Of a stretch of DNA of 64,000 nucleotides, positions 48,063 through 61,387 are shown piece by piece. The stretch's first letter is position 1. Every line of letters starts with the position of its first letter. The position numbers and the translations under genes were made by a program. The DNA is from Octopus sinensis (lineage: Eukaryota): the NCBI RefSeq assembly GCF_006345805.1, contig NC_043013.1:3782001-3846000 (forward strand). Reading direction: 5' to 3'. A model generated the notes under the pieces. That model had not been told where the DNA came from. It saw nothing but the letters and a program-made list of their open reading frames with translations, and searched no databases.

Positions 48063-50330
48063 TATCTTTTATTTTCCTTCAGGGCGATGGATGAGGAGGA
48101 TAACACAATGACAGGCATGAAATGTGGGGATTTACATTCAATGAAATGATATTAAAAAAGTAGAAAGTATACATGGTATACAATAAAAGAAGAAAATTAT
48201 ACATAGTATACATTAAAAAAGGATGAAAAGGATCTTATCCTCTTGGGAAGGATTTCTAGGGACAATCGTGGAACCCCACCATTCAAGATCTCTATGAACA
48301 CCGAGGTCAAATTTCGTCTCGAAATCTTGTTTGTCGGCTCATAAGTGGATGGTATCGTTTAGGGAGATACCATCCACTCTTGCCATGTTTGCAGCATTCA
48401 CTCACCTTTCAGTAAATTCACTCAGAGACAGAACTTCTGAACTCCCACTTTTCTTTTCAAGTGAAACTTGAAAAAGTCGATGAGGGTTCTACCAAAGAAG
48501 AATATATTTGTCCTCATGCCTTTCAGCCTCGTTCACCAGACAACCTTTTTCGCCACAACCAACTGTCTTACCTACCCGATTAAAAAAAAAGTGACGGGTA
48601 AATCATCATTATGAACTCGGCCGATATATGGAGCCGTGTCACATGCGACAGCAGCTGTCCAACATAACTCCACATGTTAGCGATAGCCGGACACTAAACG
48701 GTTTCGTCGCCATGCGCGCACTCGGACAAGCCCGTCTGACAGCACATCTGTGTCTGTAGAGTTTACCTCGAATCGGTAGCGCCCATCGGTAGCACTGGCA
48801 GGCCGAGCCCATCTGGAAATTATCCATAGTAGTTCCTGACTGAAAAGTTCTCTGGAACAGACTGGCCACTTCGGTTTCGTCGACGTCCAGCGTTTCCTCG
48901 AGATCGTTGTCGCACTTCCCCGTCACTAATTCTTTATATATTGCTAAAGTGGAACATCTACCGACCCCATTGCCTGACTGGTAGAGAGCTATGAGCGCCT
49001 AACGATACACAAAATTCCAGGTGTCCAGTCTCGGTTTTTCCTTCACTCATGACTGTAGTTCCACCAAAGAAACGAGTTGTGGAAAGACGTGCCTCACAAA
49101 CGGAGCCCGCACCCCGAGCAGTTTAACTGGTCTGCAAGGCCAGTTTTCAACATCGTTGTCCGACGGCATCGACCTGCCCCTACAAGGGCTCAGCCGCAAG
49201 CCCACTGACTTGGCGTTGAATTTGGCTTCCATAACCGACTCATATTCTTTGCTAACCGCCTCCACTTAAAAGGCGCCCAATACCATGACGCTGACATCGG
49301 GCCCATCGGACGGCTTTATTTATTTCGTTTGAGCGCACGGGTCTTAGCTCTGTCAATGCAACCTGCGTCTTTCGCTTCAAAGAAATGGTCAAGAGCCGTT
49401 CTCGCTGCTAGTACGTCCGTCGCGATGCCTTTACTAATCGTCTCTTCTAGTTTGCTAGCTACCTCTCCTTCTAATCTATTTCTTTCTATTGCCAAATCTT
49501 TGCTAAACGCTATCGATTCTATTGGTAGCTCTTTACTAAACGCTAAACTCAAATCGATAGGATTTAGCAAAGAAGACTTCAGGCGATCCATCACCGGTTG
49601 TTGGCGATTGCTCCCGTCAAATGCCACTTAACTAATCCGGTAATCTAGTCATTGTAGCTTTTGCGTGCCGGTAATGACGCATTCAACTTCCAGTACCGAG
49701 TTTCTGTCTATGGATCTTACCTAAATCGACTGTACAGATCACAAATCAGTGGGCTTTGTAGCCGACTGAATTGTGGACAACCTGTGCTTTCCATATCCGT
49801 TGGCCCAACAAATATTTATCTACATATGATTCATTGAGTTTGCTCCTTGTTCACATCAGAGAAATCCGGTCGATGCCTGTCAGTCATCTGGAAGTTTCTG
49901 AGCAGGTTTTCGAGTTTTTTTTCACCCACTTCTGCTATGTACTAACCTTACACTTTCCGCGCGTCCAAAATAATATTCCAGTCCCTCACTAGTACTAAAA
50001 TGTGAAACGTTCTCAGGAATGTTTCTAGTCACCTGAAGAAATTTGGCCTTCCAACCCCTGTCGGGGCACATATCTAAAGGGGCCAACTTCGCTGCCATTC
50101 ATGTCCAGGACCACTACCTTACCATCTGGGTCGAAGAAGATTGTTCATACGTTTAGATCTAAGGATTTCCGAAATAGCGCTGCCACACCGTGACCCGCTC
50201 CCGACTGACTACAATAAATGGATGCTAGAACTTGCTTCCCGGAAAGATCATGCAAGCCGAAAAGATTCAAAACTCTCTTACGACTTACGGAGCTCCAAAT
50301 TTTCGTGACTTCACAGTATGGCGACCATAA
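48061..50330 (-). mobile_element. Tx1/L1-like LINE, internally deleted ORF2 with intact 3' end and (ATT)n tail
   Basis: Minus GHGVAALFRKSLDL...FFDPDGKVVVLD, LVRDWN, AFSKDLAIERNRLEGE (close to 63760-63950), LIDFFKFHLKRK, then AATAAAAGATATC(ATT)n. Confidence 0.8.
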
Positions 50331-50354
50331 TAATTTTATGGTTTCGAATTCTGG

Positions 50355-50551
50355 TACAAGGCCAGTAATTTTGGGGAGGAGGAAAGTCGATTACATCGAC
50401 CACAGTATTCAACTGGTACTTATTTTATCGACCCACCAAAAGAAGAAAGGCAAAGTCAACCTCGGCGGAATTTGAACCCAGAACGTGAAAACGGACGAAA
50501 TATCGCTAAGAATTTCGCCCGGCGTGCTAAGGATTCTGCCAGCTCTCCACC

Positions 50552-50553
<2 letters not shown>
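50355..50553 (-). mobile_element. SINE family A-related copy, partial
   Basis: GTCGATTACATCGAC...GGCAAAGTCAACCTCGGCGGAATTTGAAC...CGGCGTGCTAAGGATTCTGCCAGCTC. Confidence 0.8.
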
Positions 50554-50590
<37 letters not shown>

Positions 50591-50611
50591 TAATAATAAT
50601 AATAATAATAA

Positions 50612-50737
50612 CCTATGCAAAACACTTTCAATACAGTAACCATAAGAGCATCACAACAAACCACAGTACATACCCAAGGCACACAGAGCTGCGCTCGGTA
50701 GTGAAGTGAAAGCACGATATAAAAATAAAACTACCGA
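50612..50737 (+). mobile_element. Short stub flanked on both sides by (AAT)n, probably an RLE-LINE 3' end
   Basis: Non-coding about 125 bp ending AAAATAAAACTACCG(AAT)5; family assignment is inference. Confidence 0.45.
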
Positions 50738-50756
50738 ATAATAATAATAATAATTG

Positions 50757-52790
50757 CAGAGCAGGTTAATGCATTGATCGATGGAGAAGAAGATATCCTG
50801 GGCTTGTTAACAAAAGGACGAAAGATGCGTCTGAAGAATGCATCAAAAGCAAATGCTGTTGATAATTAGAGGAGCAATTGCAGAACTGTACAAATTCCTT
50901 GATGAGAACAATATGTTACCGACGGAACAAAAAGGTTGTAGAAAGTGATGCAGATATACCAAAGATGAATTATTGATAGATAAAATGGTAGTGCAAGATT
51001 GTAAACGAAGGAGAACAAATCTGGGAATGGCCTGGATTGACTATTGCAAAGCTTATGATATGATTCCACATTCGTGGATCATGGAGTGCTTAGATCTATT
51101 TGGAATTGCGAGGAATGTAACGTGTTTTCTGAAAGGAAGCATGGTGGGGTAGAAAAGTGGGTCGACATTCTACGGGAAAAGGTTGGGCACCCTAGGCATC
51201 AGATGAGGGATTTTCTTGGGTGACAACTTATCTCCGTTGCTTTTTGTTTTCTGCATGATCACTCTGGTCTTGTGAAACCCAGTTAGAATTTTCTTCAGAT
51301 TGAGTAGCCCTCGAGAACCTGAGATATCAACTAAAGGGAAAATCTCAAACAATCAACCACTTCCTCTTCATGGATGATAAGAAGTTGTATGGCAAGGATG
51401 AGGCACAGGTGAGTTCTTCTATGAACACGGTCCACAGTTTTAATGCTGATATCGGAATGGCATTTGGACTCAAGAAGTGTGGAATAATGTACCTGAAAAG
51501 AGGCAAGGTACAGTCCCTAGCAGGAATAGAATTACCAAATATAGAACTGATTAAACAAATTGAAACGGAAGGCTAAAACACATTTGGCATACGGGAGTTC
51601 AACGAAATAATGGAGAAGGAAATGAAAAAGCAACTGAGGATGGAATATTTCCGAAGACTAAGATAGGTGTTGCGCTCAAAATTGACCGGATGGAATAAAA
51701 TCCACGGGCAATGGCACCACTTCGGTTTGGAGCTGGATCCATAAGAAAGAACTGATGAACATTGATACGAAGACAAGAAAAATATTAACAGTGCATGGAA
51801 CCTTCGACCATCAGAGTGACACCGATATGCTGTACTTGACCAGAAGAAAGGGTGAGGGAGTTGCCAGGATTGTATCGAAGCAGAGGAAAGTAGCTTAGGG
51901 TGGTATGAGAAAATACCGGGTGACCATTGTTGAAACAGTTGATGTCCGGCGTCATTAAATCTGATAATTGTGTAAAGAAAGAAACAGCATGGAAGGAGAA
52001 AAATGTACGGTCAGTTTGCAAGAGATACGAACGCGAAAACAAATACAGAAGACCAGTAGCTATGGATGAGGAGGAGTGATCTGAAGATAAAGACAGAAGC
52101 ACTTATATGTTTAGCTCAAGAACACGCGTTGACGACTAACGATATGAAGAACTATGTTAAGAACTATGGCACATCGTTAGCGAATGGCCGAAATTGGTAC
52201 AACGTAATTAAAAAAGACGACATGACAGTGTGGCAAGAATGATCCATTGGGAGCTCTGTGGAAATCCGGCCTAGAAAAGGTAAAGACGTGGTATGAGAAA
52301 ACTTCAGGAGTCACCGAGAATGAAAACTGCAAAATCCTGTGGGATGCAATGATTCAATGCGATCACCTGACCAGACATCGGAAACTGGACATTGTTGGAG
52401 TGAAAAAAAACAAACATCATGCATGATAATCAACATAGCATGTCTCGGTGAGAACAGAAGCATAGTGAAAGAAGAAAAACTGAACAGCTACGACGATTTG
52501 AAGTGGGAAATACAAAGATTGTGGTCACTGAGAAGAGCAGACATGGTACCAATAGTAATTGTTGCACTTGGAAGTATCATCACTCAACTACCAACATGGT
52601 TCAAAAAGATCGGTACAAATGTAAAGGTAGAACGCCTACAAAAATCAACATTGCTTGGAACTGCAAGAATTCGTCGCAGGGTTCTTGAAGCATGACCAGT
52701 AAACAAGTGTCACCTTAGTCTGCTGGCTGTGGGCAGCTGACACTTTGCATCATATTCAGCAAAATAAGCTGTGAGTTTTCAAACAATAAC
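50757..52790 (+). mobile_element. RLE-type (R4/Dong-like) non-LTR retrotransposon, 5'-truncated, RT plus endonuclease
   Basis: [58 protein letters not shown]...KLNSYDDLKWEIQRLW...VPIVIVALG...LQKSTLLGTARI; begins directly after (AAT)5. Confidence 0.9.
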
Positions 52791-52935
52791 AACGACGACG
52801 ACAACAACAACAACCCTTTCTACTAAAGGCACAAGGTATGAAATTTTGGTGGAGGGGAAAATTGATTACATTGACTGCAATATCGATCCGCTAAGTATTT
52901 ACCCCGGCTTGCTAACGATTTTGCCATCTCTCCAG

Positions 52936-52973
<38 letters not shown>

Positions 52974-53895
52974 TAATAATAATAATAATAATAATAATCC
53001 TTTCTACTATAGGTACAAGTCCAGCAGTAACAGCAACAACAACAACAATAATAAACACATACATACATATATACATTTTTTTTGGCTTGTTTCAGCTCAG
53101 AGCTGCGGCCATGCTGATGCACCGCCGTTTTTACATACAGATATATATATATATACATACATAAAAATATATATATATATATTAAATACAAAAATGGGAC
53201 AAGAACGCAAAACATCCAGACAGGTGATGCAAAAAGGGACAACAAAACATCCAGACAGACGATACAAGGAAAATAAGGACGGGTCATTCGGAGTTTTCTA
53301 TTCTCAGTCGAGTTTCAGATCATCTTTGCAATTTCAGCTGGTTATACTCGAGATTGCTCCAATCTGGCCAGCCCCAAAGAAAACTATAAGCTAAGGTTCC
53401 TTGGAAGAAAGCAGCGAATGTATACGAAAACAAGGACGGAAAAAAACAGAGAAACGTTACACAAATACAAATGCAATTAACAGGACATAACAACAGGTGA
53501 CTTTCGACTAAGGACGAATTAAATTAAGCTGACGTGTGTGGAAGTAAATCCTTACGGCAGGAACATATGATTTAACAGGCACAGGGAAGAATATTGCTGT
53601 TGCACGGATGGTAGTTGAACCAAGAAAGAAAGGTCAGGCCTGGCCGAACACCGGTCACGTGGGGAGAGAAGAGAGAGAGGTAGAGGCAGAGGGATAGAAG
53701 AATTAAGGAGGGGGCAAGAAAAAATGAAAGAGACACAGTGAAGTGAAAGAGGAGGGAAAGTGAGCATGAAGAGAAGGCCAGGAAATGTGAGAGAGGGGGA
53801 ACAAAAGAACGAAGAGTGGAATGAACGAAATGTGAAAGGGCTGAAAGAAAGAAGGAAAGAAGGAAAGAATAGAAAGAATAATAGAGTCGTACAAA

Positions 53896-53966
<71 letters not shown>

Positions 53967-53969
53967 ATA

Positions 53970-54005
<36 letters not shown>

Positions 54006-54019
54006 ATATATACATACAT

Positions 54020-54145
54020 ATACACGGACGTGGCTGTGTGGTAAGAAGCTTGTTTTTCAACCACATGGTTCTGGGTTCATCCCTCAGCCGACCAAAGCCT
54101 TGTAAGTGTATTTGGTAGACGGAAACTGAAAGAAGCCCGTTGTAT
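54020..54145 (+). mobile_element. SINE family B 5' fragment with internal deletion
   Basis: GGACGTGGCTGTGTGGTAAGAAGCTTG...GCCGACCAAAGCCTTG...GGTAGACGGAAACTGAAAGAAGCCCG. Confidence 0.8.
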
Positions 54146-54146
54146 G

Positions 54147-54210
<64 letters not shown>

Positions 54211-54399
54211 TTCAATTAGATCACCGTGGTCACCGAGACCGACCAGGCTATCAGATGTTGCTACACATCGCTGGTCACAATGCACTTCGCATTGTTTTAG
54301 CCTTCAAATGACGCCACCCCACTGGTTAAGCGAACAGGCCAATATATATATATATATGATATAGCAAAATATATAGCAATAACATTTCGCCACGAAATA

Positions 54400-56975
54400 T
54401 TTGCCAAAGGCATTGAAAGTGCTCCCTCTCATTTTCTTTTCTCTTCCTTAGTAAAGAATATTCAGGGTAAGGTTATTCAACATTACAAAGGTTAGCACAC
54501 CCATTCACCTTCTAATAGGAACATTAGAATGTACAGCCCTCTCTATCGCTATTTTTTCTTCATGTGATCCTAATTGATTAGAAAAATTCCAGTCTTCAAG
54601 CTTTTCAAACAAGTCCATTGCGCAACCTCTTTCGCCATACCCGCCAAGCAGTGGAAGTCAACTCAATTTTCCCTACTAAAAGAAAGTAACGTGTCTTCCC
54701 TATACGTTCGGATGATAGCCAGTTCTGTTCTACACTTGACAGTAGCTGTTCGACTCAAGCTCACAAGTCGCTAACCCATTGAAGGATAGCGTGCAGGACG
54801 GGTTTGTCGTTTTGCGCACGTCATGCTCAGATTCAGCTGTTACCACTTCCATGCCTGTACAGCTCGTCCCAAACAGGTAATGCTCCTTGTAGCACTGCTA
54901 TGCCAAGGACTTTTAGGACTTGCTTATAACCCCCGACTTAAGAGTTCTCCAGAAGAGACTGCTCAGACTATTCATATTAACCTTCAGGTTAACTTATCTT
55001 AGGTTTTCTTAGCTGAAAATTTTCAGATAACTTCCATTTTGTTGTTCCTATTACGAACATGTCTAATTACTCACATTATGCGTCTTTCTCTCTTCTTTTA
55101 CCATGATATCTCCTACCTATCTACCCTGTTAAATTTCGTCCTATTTGTTTCGAGCAATCTCTATCTCTTCTACCTTTCTTGGCATTGCTATCGTACAGTA
55201 CGTTACAATAGTGAAAAAATTCAGACCCTCAGCTAACCTTATTTAGAAATCTATTGTTCTTCCGCCGAAGATATTGTCCATCTAGTAGGGTGCTGTGAAA
55301 TTTAGCAACATTCTAGACGTTAAACATCAACCTCGGTCTACACCTGATCCATAATTGCAGATCGCTCAAAGAAACGAGCAGAAGAAATACTTGTGAGATA
55401 GACGCCCACACCAGTTCGCCCTTGTTTTCGTTGATGACTCCTTTGCAGTGGGCCAGATATTTCTGTAGATGCGTCAGTCTCACTGCTTACCTAGTCACAA
55501 CAAGGATGGCATCCTGAGACCATCACAAAATTGCTATTGACAGCAGATGGATTTCTTGACCATAAGGAGTAGAAAAGCATGCACTCAAATCTAGTCAGAT
55601 GTTTCTTGGTACAAGGCACGACGGTCAGGAGTGGTACACCACCGGAATGATGTAGGCATTAACTACTTCCTACCCAGACTTTCAGTGATAACGTTTAATT
55701 TCTGAGTAAAAATGGCTACTGTAACCGCAACTTCTTCGCCATCTCTATCCAATTAGACCAAGCACTTTCATCTGGCCCTCAATTCAGCGACAGAAATTGT
55801 TGGCCAACAAGGATTTACCTCTCCAAGTACCGAGTTACAAGCTCACCGATTTGTTCCGGTTGATCTACTCTGTCAGTTTAGTATCTATTGCCTGTATAAC
55901 CGATGTGGCCGGTACCATGAAGTGGCGTCGTCAGCAGATGCCAACACGGCTCTCTCGTGGCTCATTTTGAGCGCAATAACCTTAGAAACCGCCATCTTCA
56001 GCAGCAAACACTGAAAAGCTAAAACATACACGTGATGGGGTTAAAGGGCAACCTAATAAACCGAGCGCGCGATACTAAGCAGTTCTAAGAGGTGGCCATT
56101 TGATCTGAACATTGAAGAGATTCCGTTCTTCATTGTAGTGATCTAGCCTTCCTTTCGTTGTTGTTCATAGGAAAGTCATCGGCTCCCGTCAGAGCGCAAG
56201 CAATCACAAATCTTCAGACTGTCATCTTCGTTGCACGTGCAAAACTGCCAGTCTATTGACAGGGTTTAGGAAACTGTACAGACCTTTATGTATATGCCTT
56301 TCCGAAACAGTGCCGCCGCAACACCTGATCCAGGTCTACCGAGGGCAGCAGAAACTTCGTAGGACAAGTGATTAGGTTTCAGAAATCTTGGTCTCCTTAA
56401 TGACTGCTGCATCCAGCTGTAGTAACCCGACTTTGGTGTCCCACTAACCAGGCGATACCAGATTACGAGCATTTATGCAGTCTAATTTCAGTACAAGTTT
56501 CACAGGTTTCCTACGGACTCTCAGAATGTTTTGTCCAGAAAAGTTTTGAAGTTTCCTACATAGCGTGAGAAACGCTTTCTGAAAATGTGATACATTTCTA
56601 GTATAGTTCTAACCAGAACCTAACCGTATAGAATTTTGGAAATGGCGAGCACACCAAGACCCTGACCCGTAGTGAAAATTTTGTTCATAAACTCCATTAC
56701 TGTGCAACTGAGGGTTCTCTTTGCTATGTTTTGTGGATCTTCTGGTGTCTCTCTTGCTGTTACTGTGACTGTTGTGGTTTCTGTTCTTAGTGTTACGATT
56801 GTTGGTTTGTCTCTTATTGTTGTTGATGTTATTGTGATTGTTACTGTTCTGGTGTCTGCTCTCTCCTGTTCTGGTGTTACTGTTGCTATGGTTGCTGTTC
56901 TGATTGTTAGCTTGTTGCTTGGCTTAAGTGATTGATACTGCCTTTTACAGAGATGTTTCGTTTGGTACCACAAAA
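54400..56975 (-). mobile_element. Tx1/L1-like LINE relic: Asn-rich ORF1-like tail, endonuclease and C-terminus
   Basis: Minus NNQNSNHSNSNTR...; LDAAVIKETKI; GSGVAAALFRKG...NRLAVLHV; SLA*QCYKE...YRHGSG...VLHAIL. Confidence 0.6.
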
Positions 56976-57303
56976 CTTTTGGTTGTCAATCTCGACGCCA
57001 TATTATATTTTGAAATATTTTTCAGATGAAAGGAAATGACTTTTGAAATTATAGTATCAATGAATATTCTGACTGTAAAAAATTTTGCTTACTTAAAAAA
57101 ACAACAACAAAAACACCTCAAGAACAACAATCACGTGATCTCTGCTATACGCAATTGCTCCAGACAGCTAAGCGTCCATTCAATGGGAATTGCCTTCGAA
57201 TATGTTTATTGTATGAACATTGCATGGACATATTGTACAAAGGTGTAGCACTGTATTGAAATATTATCCCGAAATGATTGAAAATCAATTAAAGATACGC
57301 TTT

Positions 57304-57720
57304 GGATTTTTTCGGTTTGAACGGCAGCTTTTTAAAATAATTTTCACGTAACTAAACACTTTTAAACTTCGTATACTGGTAGAATGTGTTTATAAAGCAT
57401 CTTTTTCTCTTGGCTTTATTGAGAAAATTCTATAGTTTGTAAGATATTTGTTGTTTTTTTTCTTCAATTTCTGCAATTTCAACCAATCAATGACGTATAT
57501 TGAGGTGAAAGCATTCTGTGCCGTATGAATATGTCCCTCGTTTAAGAAACAGATTGGGGTTTATTTACATTTGTGAAGAAAAAAGATACCCTTCACCCCA
57601 CCCCTAACCCTAACCCTAAAACAGATTGAAATGCAATAGATCGATACTAGGGTCATAATTATGGGTGATATTTTCATATGACACCGCTAGAAAAAACTGT
57701 CGTTCAAACCGAAAAGATTC
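57304..57720. mobile_element. Second copy of the 8-bp-TSD MITE, opposite orientation
   Basis: GGATTTTTTCGGTTTGAACGGCAG ... CTGTCGTTCAAACCGAAAAGATTC; TSD TACGCTTT (57296-57303) / TATGCTTT (57721-57728); CCCTAACCCTAACCCTAA at about 57602-57619. Confidence 0.92.
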
Positions 57721-58329
57721 TATGCTTTCACTAACATAGCAGCGGTAAAAGGATGGGAAGCAAAATGGGTAAGTGGGGCAAAAGAGTAATTTTTGATTTC
57801 TCGTTATTTTCATTATCATTGCAAGTATTGCATCATTATTTTGTGCTGTTGCATCATCTTTGAGAATAAAAATTGATGAGCATAGTTGTAGTTGTTGTTG
57901 TTGAAGTTGTGAGTTTGAAACATAGTCAGGAGACAGCAACTTTTATTTCAAGAAATTTTCCCTCAACTTTCAACCGATTTGTAATTGAGATTGCTAATGG
58001 AATATCTGGATAGTTTTTGGTGTTTAACAATCAATATTCTTTTCTATGTTGGATTCCAAGTCAACTTTTTCTCGCACTCATGTCTAATTTAATAATTTTT
58101 AAAAAATGGTGAGGTAAAATGAGAAATAACTAATTCTAATAATTTCTTCTCTGTTACTGCGTAAACATACCAGGAAGCGAGCCACTCCAGCAGATCGCGA
58201 AGAACATATTGAGAATATTTTGTGTTGAGTTTACAGATTTAGTCGAGCTTCGTTAATTTCATATCATGCACCACTTTCCCCGACCCCCCCTTTCATTTGA
58301 CCTATATATTAAAATGTGAGTCGCAATTC

Positions 58330-59330
58330 TGATCTTTCTGTGGTCTAAGGATGGATATTGATATGTATGAGTCTTTTTTCAAATATAATTCCGGAGAATT
58401 GAAAAGGCAGATTTACTTTACTTTGTCTTACTCATTTTATCCCAGTTAAATTTGTCTGTTGTATACTCAAGGAGAACGAAGATGATTTTCTGAAATAGGG
58501 TTCTGAATATGTTATATGCATTTAGAGAAGGCCGTTCACTTAGCTGATATAGTTTTCGTAAGGTTATGAACATTTGTAAAAAATACATTTTTTTCTCAGT
58601 GTCAAACATGCAGTAAATATTACCTACTGTACCTCCCCATTACTATATAATTCTTCAACCATACAGAGAGACAATTTTTGATATGTTTGAAAGAACCTAG
58701 TCTGATCGCGTTCAAAAGTGAATGGAGTATCTTAGAATATGTACCATCCGTCATCCGGATTGTTCAAACATATTTTATGCTGTTTCAATGAGAAATTTTA
58801 AATTTTTGTTCTAGATTCACTTGCATTAAATAATAGAATTACTAAGTTCCAGCAAATGCGTTATGAAAAATTCCTTGATTCCCTTGAGCAATCAAGGTTA
58901 AAAAAAATATTTGAAAAAATATTTTCCTTCCCTCTACGCTTGCTAAAAGCCCTTTTAATCTAATTCCATTTGCCTTTTTCTTTACTTTCTTTCCACTCGC
59001 ATTTTCCTTCACATTCGTTATTCTAAACAAAATCATTTATAAAAGCTTATTTATGCAAGTTTTTATCCTATCTGTCAGTGTTTTCATTACGCGAACCCAC
59101 ACTAATCCTTTTTCCTGTATTATCTTCCCCTTTCGTCTTTTTTCTTCCGCTCCTTAACTGACATAGCTCATACCCTTTCTCCTACGTCTCTACCCTTTTT
59201 TTTATCTTTTAAATTTTACTCTGTATAGAACAGTTCTGTGCCCAACTAATAAGATCCCTTCATGTCAATATTATTCAATAAAAGCTTGCCAAGGTACTCC
59301 TTTGTTCCACTGCTTCCAATTAAAGTTTCT
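58330..59330 (+). mobile_element. Possible ancient L1-like RT relic
   Basis: Weak frames AFREGRSL...RKVMNI, EWSILEYV, DPFMSILFN in the expected RT order. Confidence 0.3.
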
Positions 59331-59404
59331 CTTTTCTCCTTACCATCTTTCTCACACGGAAAAGTAAGGCTCAGAGTAACGGGAGTTTTCGGCTAACAAC
59401 GTAT

Positions 59405-59718
59405 GTTTGCATGGCTCAGTGGGTAGGACATTGAGCTTACAGTCATGGGGTTGTGAGTTCGATTCCTGGACCTAGCTGTGTATCGTGTTCTTTATTTCAC
59501 GTTAGTCTGGTTGCAAAAATGAGTTGCGATGTCACGGGTACCAAGTTGTATCGGCATTTGCTTTTTCCTTGAACAACATCGGCGGCATGGAGAGGAAAGA
59601 CCTGTATGCATGGGTGACTTCTGGTCTTCTACAAACAACCTTGCCCAGATTTGTGCCTCAGAAGGAATTTTCTAGGTGCAATCTCATGGTCATTCCTCAC
59701 CGGATGGGTCTTAACCCT
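59405..59718 (+). mobile_element. tRNA-derived SINE of another family, degenerate
   Basis: GCATGGCTCAGTGGGTAGG...GTGAGTTCGATTCCTGGACC (A/B boxes) followed by a non-tRNA body ending at (TA)n. Confidence 0.65.
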
Positions 59719-59719
59719 T

Positions 59720-59835
<116 letters not shown>

Positions 59836-60181
59836 GTATATATATATATATATCTGTTTGCCCCTCTCTCTCCCTGGCTCTTCCTTCTTTGCTCTCTCGT
59901 TGCTCACACGTGACCAGCGGCCATATTTCTTTTCCTAACTTGAGTTTCTCTCTTTCCTTCCGATCAGTGGCAGAGATCAGATGCATTCTTGTCTGTCTCC
60001 TGTCAAAGCTTGTTTCTCCAGTGTTCGCCACCTCACCTTGTTAAGGCTTAGCAGCCATTTCTGTCCGTTTTGACTGTCTATGTTTTCGTTTTTCATGTTG
60101 TTTACGTTCTATGACGTCCTGTACCGATATATGCATATGTATATATACATATATATATAAGTATGCACATATATGTACACA

Positions 60182-60280
<99 letters not shown>

Positions 60281-60319
60281 ATATATATATATATATGTAT
60301 ATATATACACATACGTACA

Positions 60320-61250
60320 GACGAGGGTGGGCTGGAAAGTTCATAGATTGGTAATAAAGGAGTGGTGCTAGAGCTGTGAAATTTTGCATGCATTAATTTC
60401 AACTCATCTTATTAATAACTGCATTGTCGCCAAATGGCATTCGTAATTTGGACGCATGAAGTATGACCCGATTGTCAGCAGCGCAGAGAGAACAAGCTAT
60501 CGGTTTATTGCAAGCAGGGCAGTGTTTCCTGGTTGTTGCGAAAGCTTACAATGTCCATGTCAGCACCATCTATCGTCTGCAACAGCGATACAACAACATC
60601 AACAGTACTGCAGACCGTGTCCGTAGAGGGCACCCCCAGCTGACCACGCACAGGCAGGACCGCTTCATCCACCTGCAACACCTCCGTGATCGCTTCAGAC
60701 TGGCCAGCGTGACAGCTCGAGAGACTACTGGCACTGGACAGCGACCCATCAGTGACGACACGGAACGACGTCGAGTGGCCGCCAACAACCTGCGTTGCCG
60801 TCATATTTCTCGAGGGCCTGTCCTCACCGTCAGTGGGCTATACAACACCGATATTAGCGGCATCAACAATAGAGGTCGATCGTCTTCTCTGACGAGAGCC
60901 GGTACTGCGTTTCCACCTCGGATGGCAGAATGAGGGTGTGGCGTTGGAGAGGTTAACGATAGAGAGACGCATGTATCATGGAGTGAGACGTGTGGGGTGG
61001 CCAAAACATCATAGTTTGGGGTGCTATATACCTGAATCAGAGAAATGGGCCCCATGTGTTCCAAAATGTTTGTGCAGGCAGAGGGAATAGCATCAGCGCA
61101 GCACTACGTTAACCAGATCCTAAGACCTCATATCGTGCTCTTTTTCGCGCGTCACATGGCCACGTGTTCCAACAGGACAATGCTCCCTCCCACACGGCAA
61201 GGGTCACCATGTACTTCCTGCGTTAGTACAATATCAGAACCATGCCATGG
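60320..61250 (+). mobile_element. Mariner-like terminus (60320-60430) joined to a Tc1 transposase pseudogene (60463-61250)
   Basis: ACGAGGGTGGGCTGGAAAGTTCATAG TIR-like start; MTRLSAAQREQAIGLLQAG...STIYRL, VFSDESR, WGGQNIIVWGAI, FQQDNAPSHTAR...MPWP (DD34E-compatible, truncated by a SINE A remnant). Confidence 0.85.
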
Positions 61251-61340
61251 CCTGGTTGAGCGGTGTTTTTTTTTTATTGATCGCGAAGGAATGAAAGATC
61301 ATTTTAACCTAACGAAGATGAAATTTCAAATCAGACCATA

Positions 61341-61387
61341 AAAAGGGTGCAACTAAATACCTTACGAGTATTTAGTTCCATCCTTTT
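61341..61387. repeat. 20-bp imperfect inverted repeat with 7-nt spacer
   Basis: AAAAGGGTGCAACTAAATAC-CTTACGA-GTATTTAGTTCCATCCTTTT (18/20 pairs). Confidence 0.8.

Noticed and set aside
57600-57620. Telomere or interstitial telomeric fusion site
   Set aside because: Only 2-3 units, internal to a MITE and present at the same position in the other copy.
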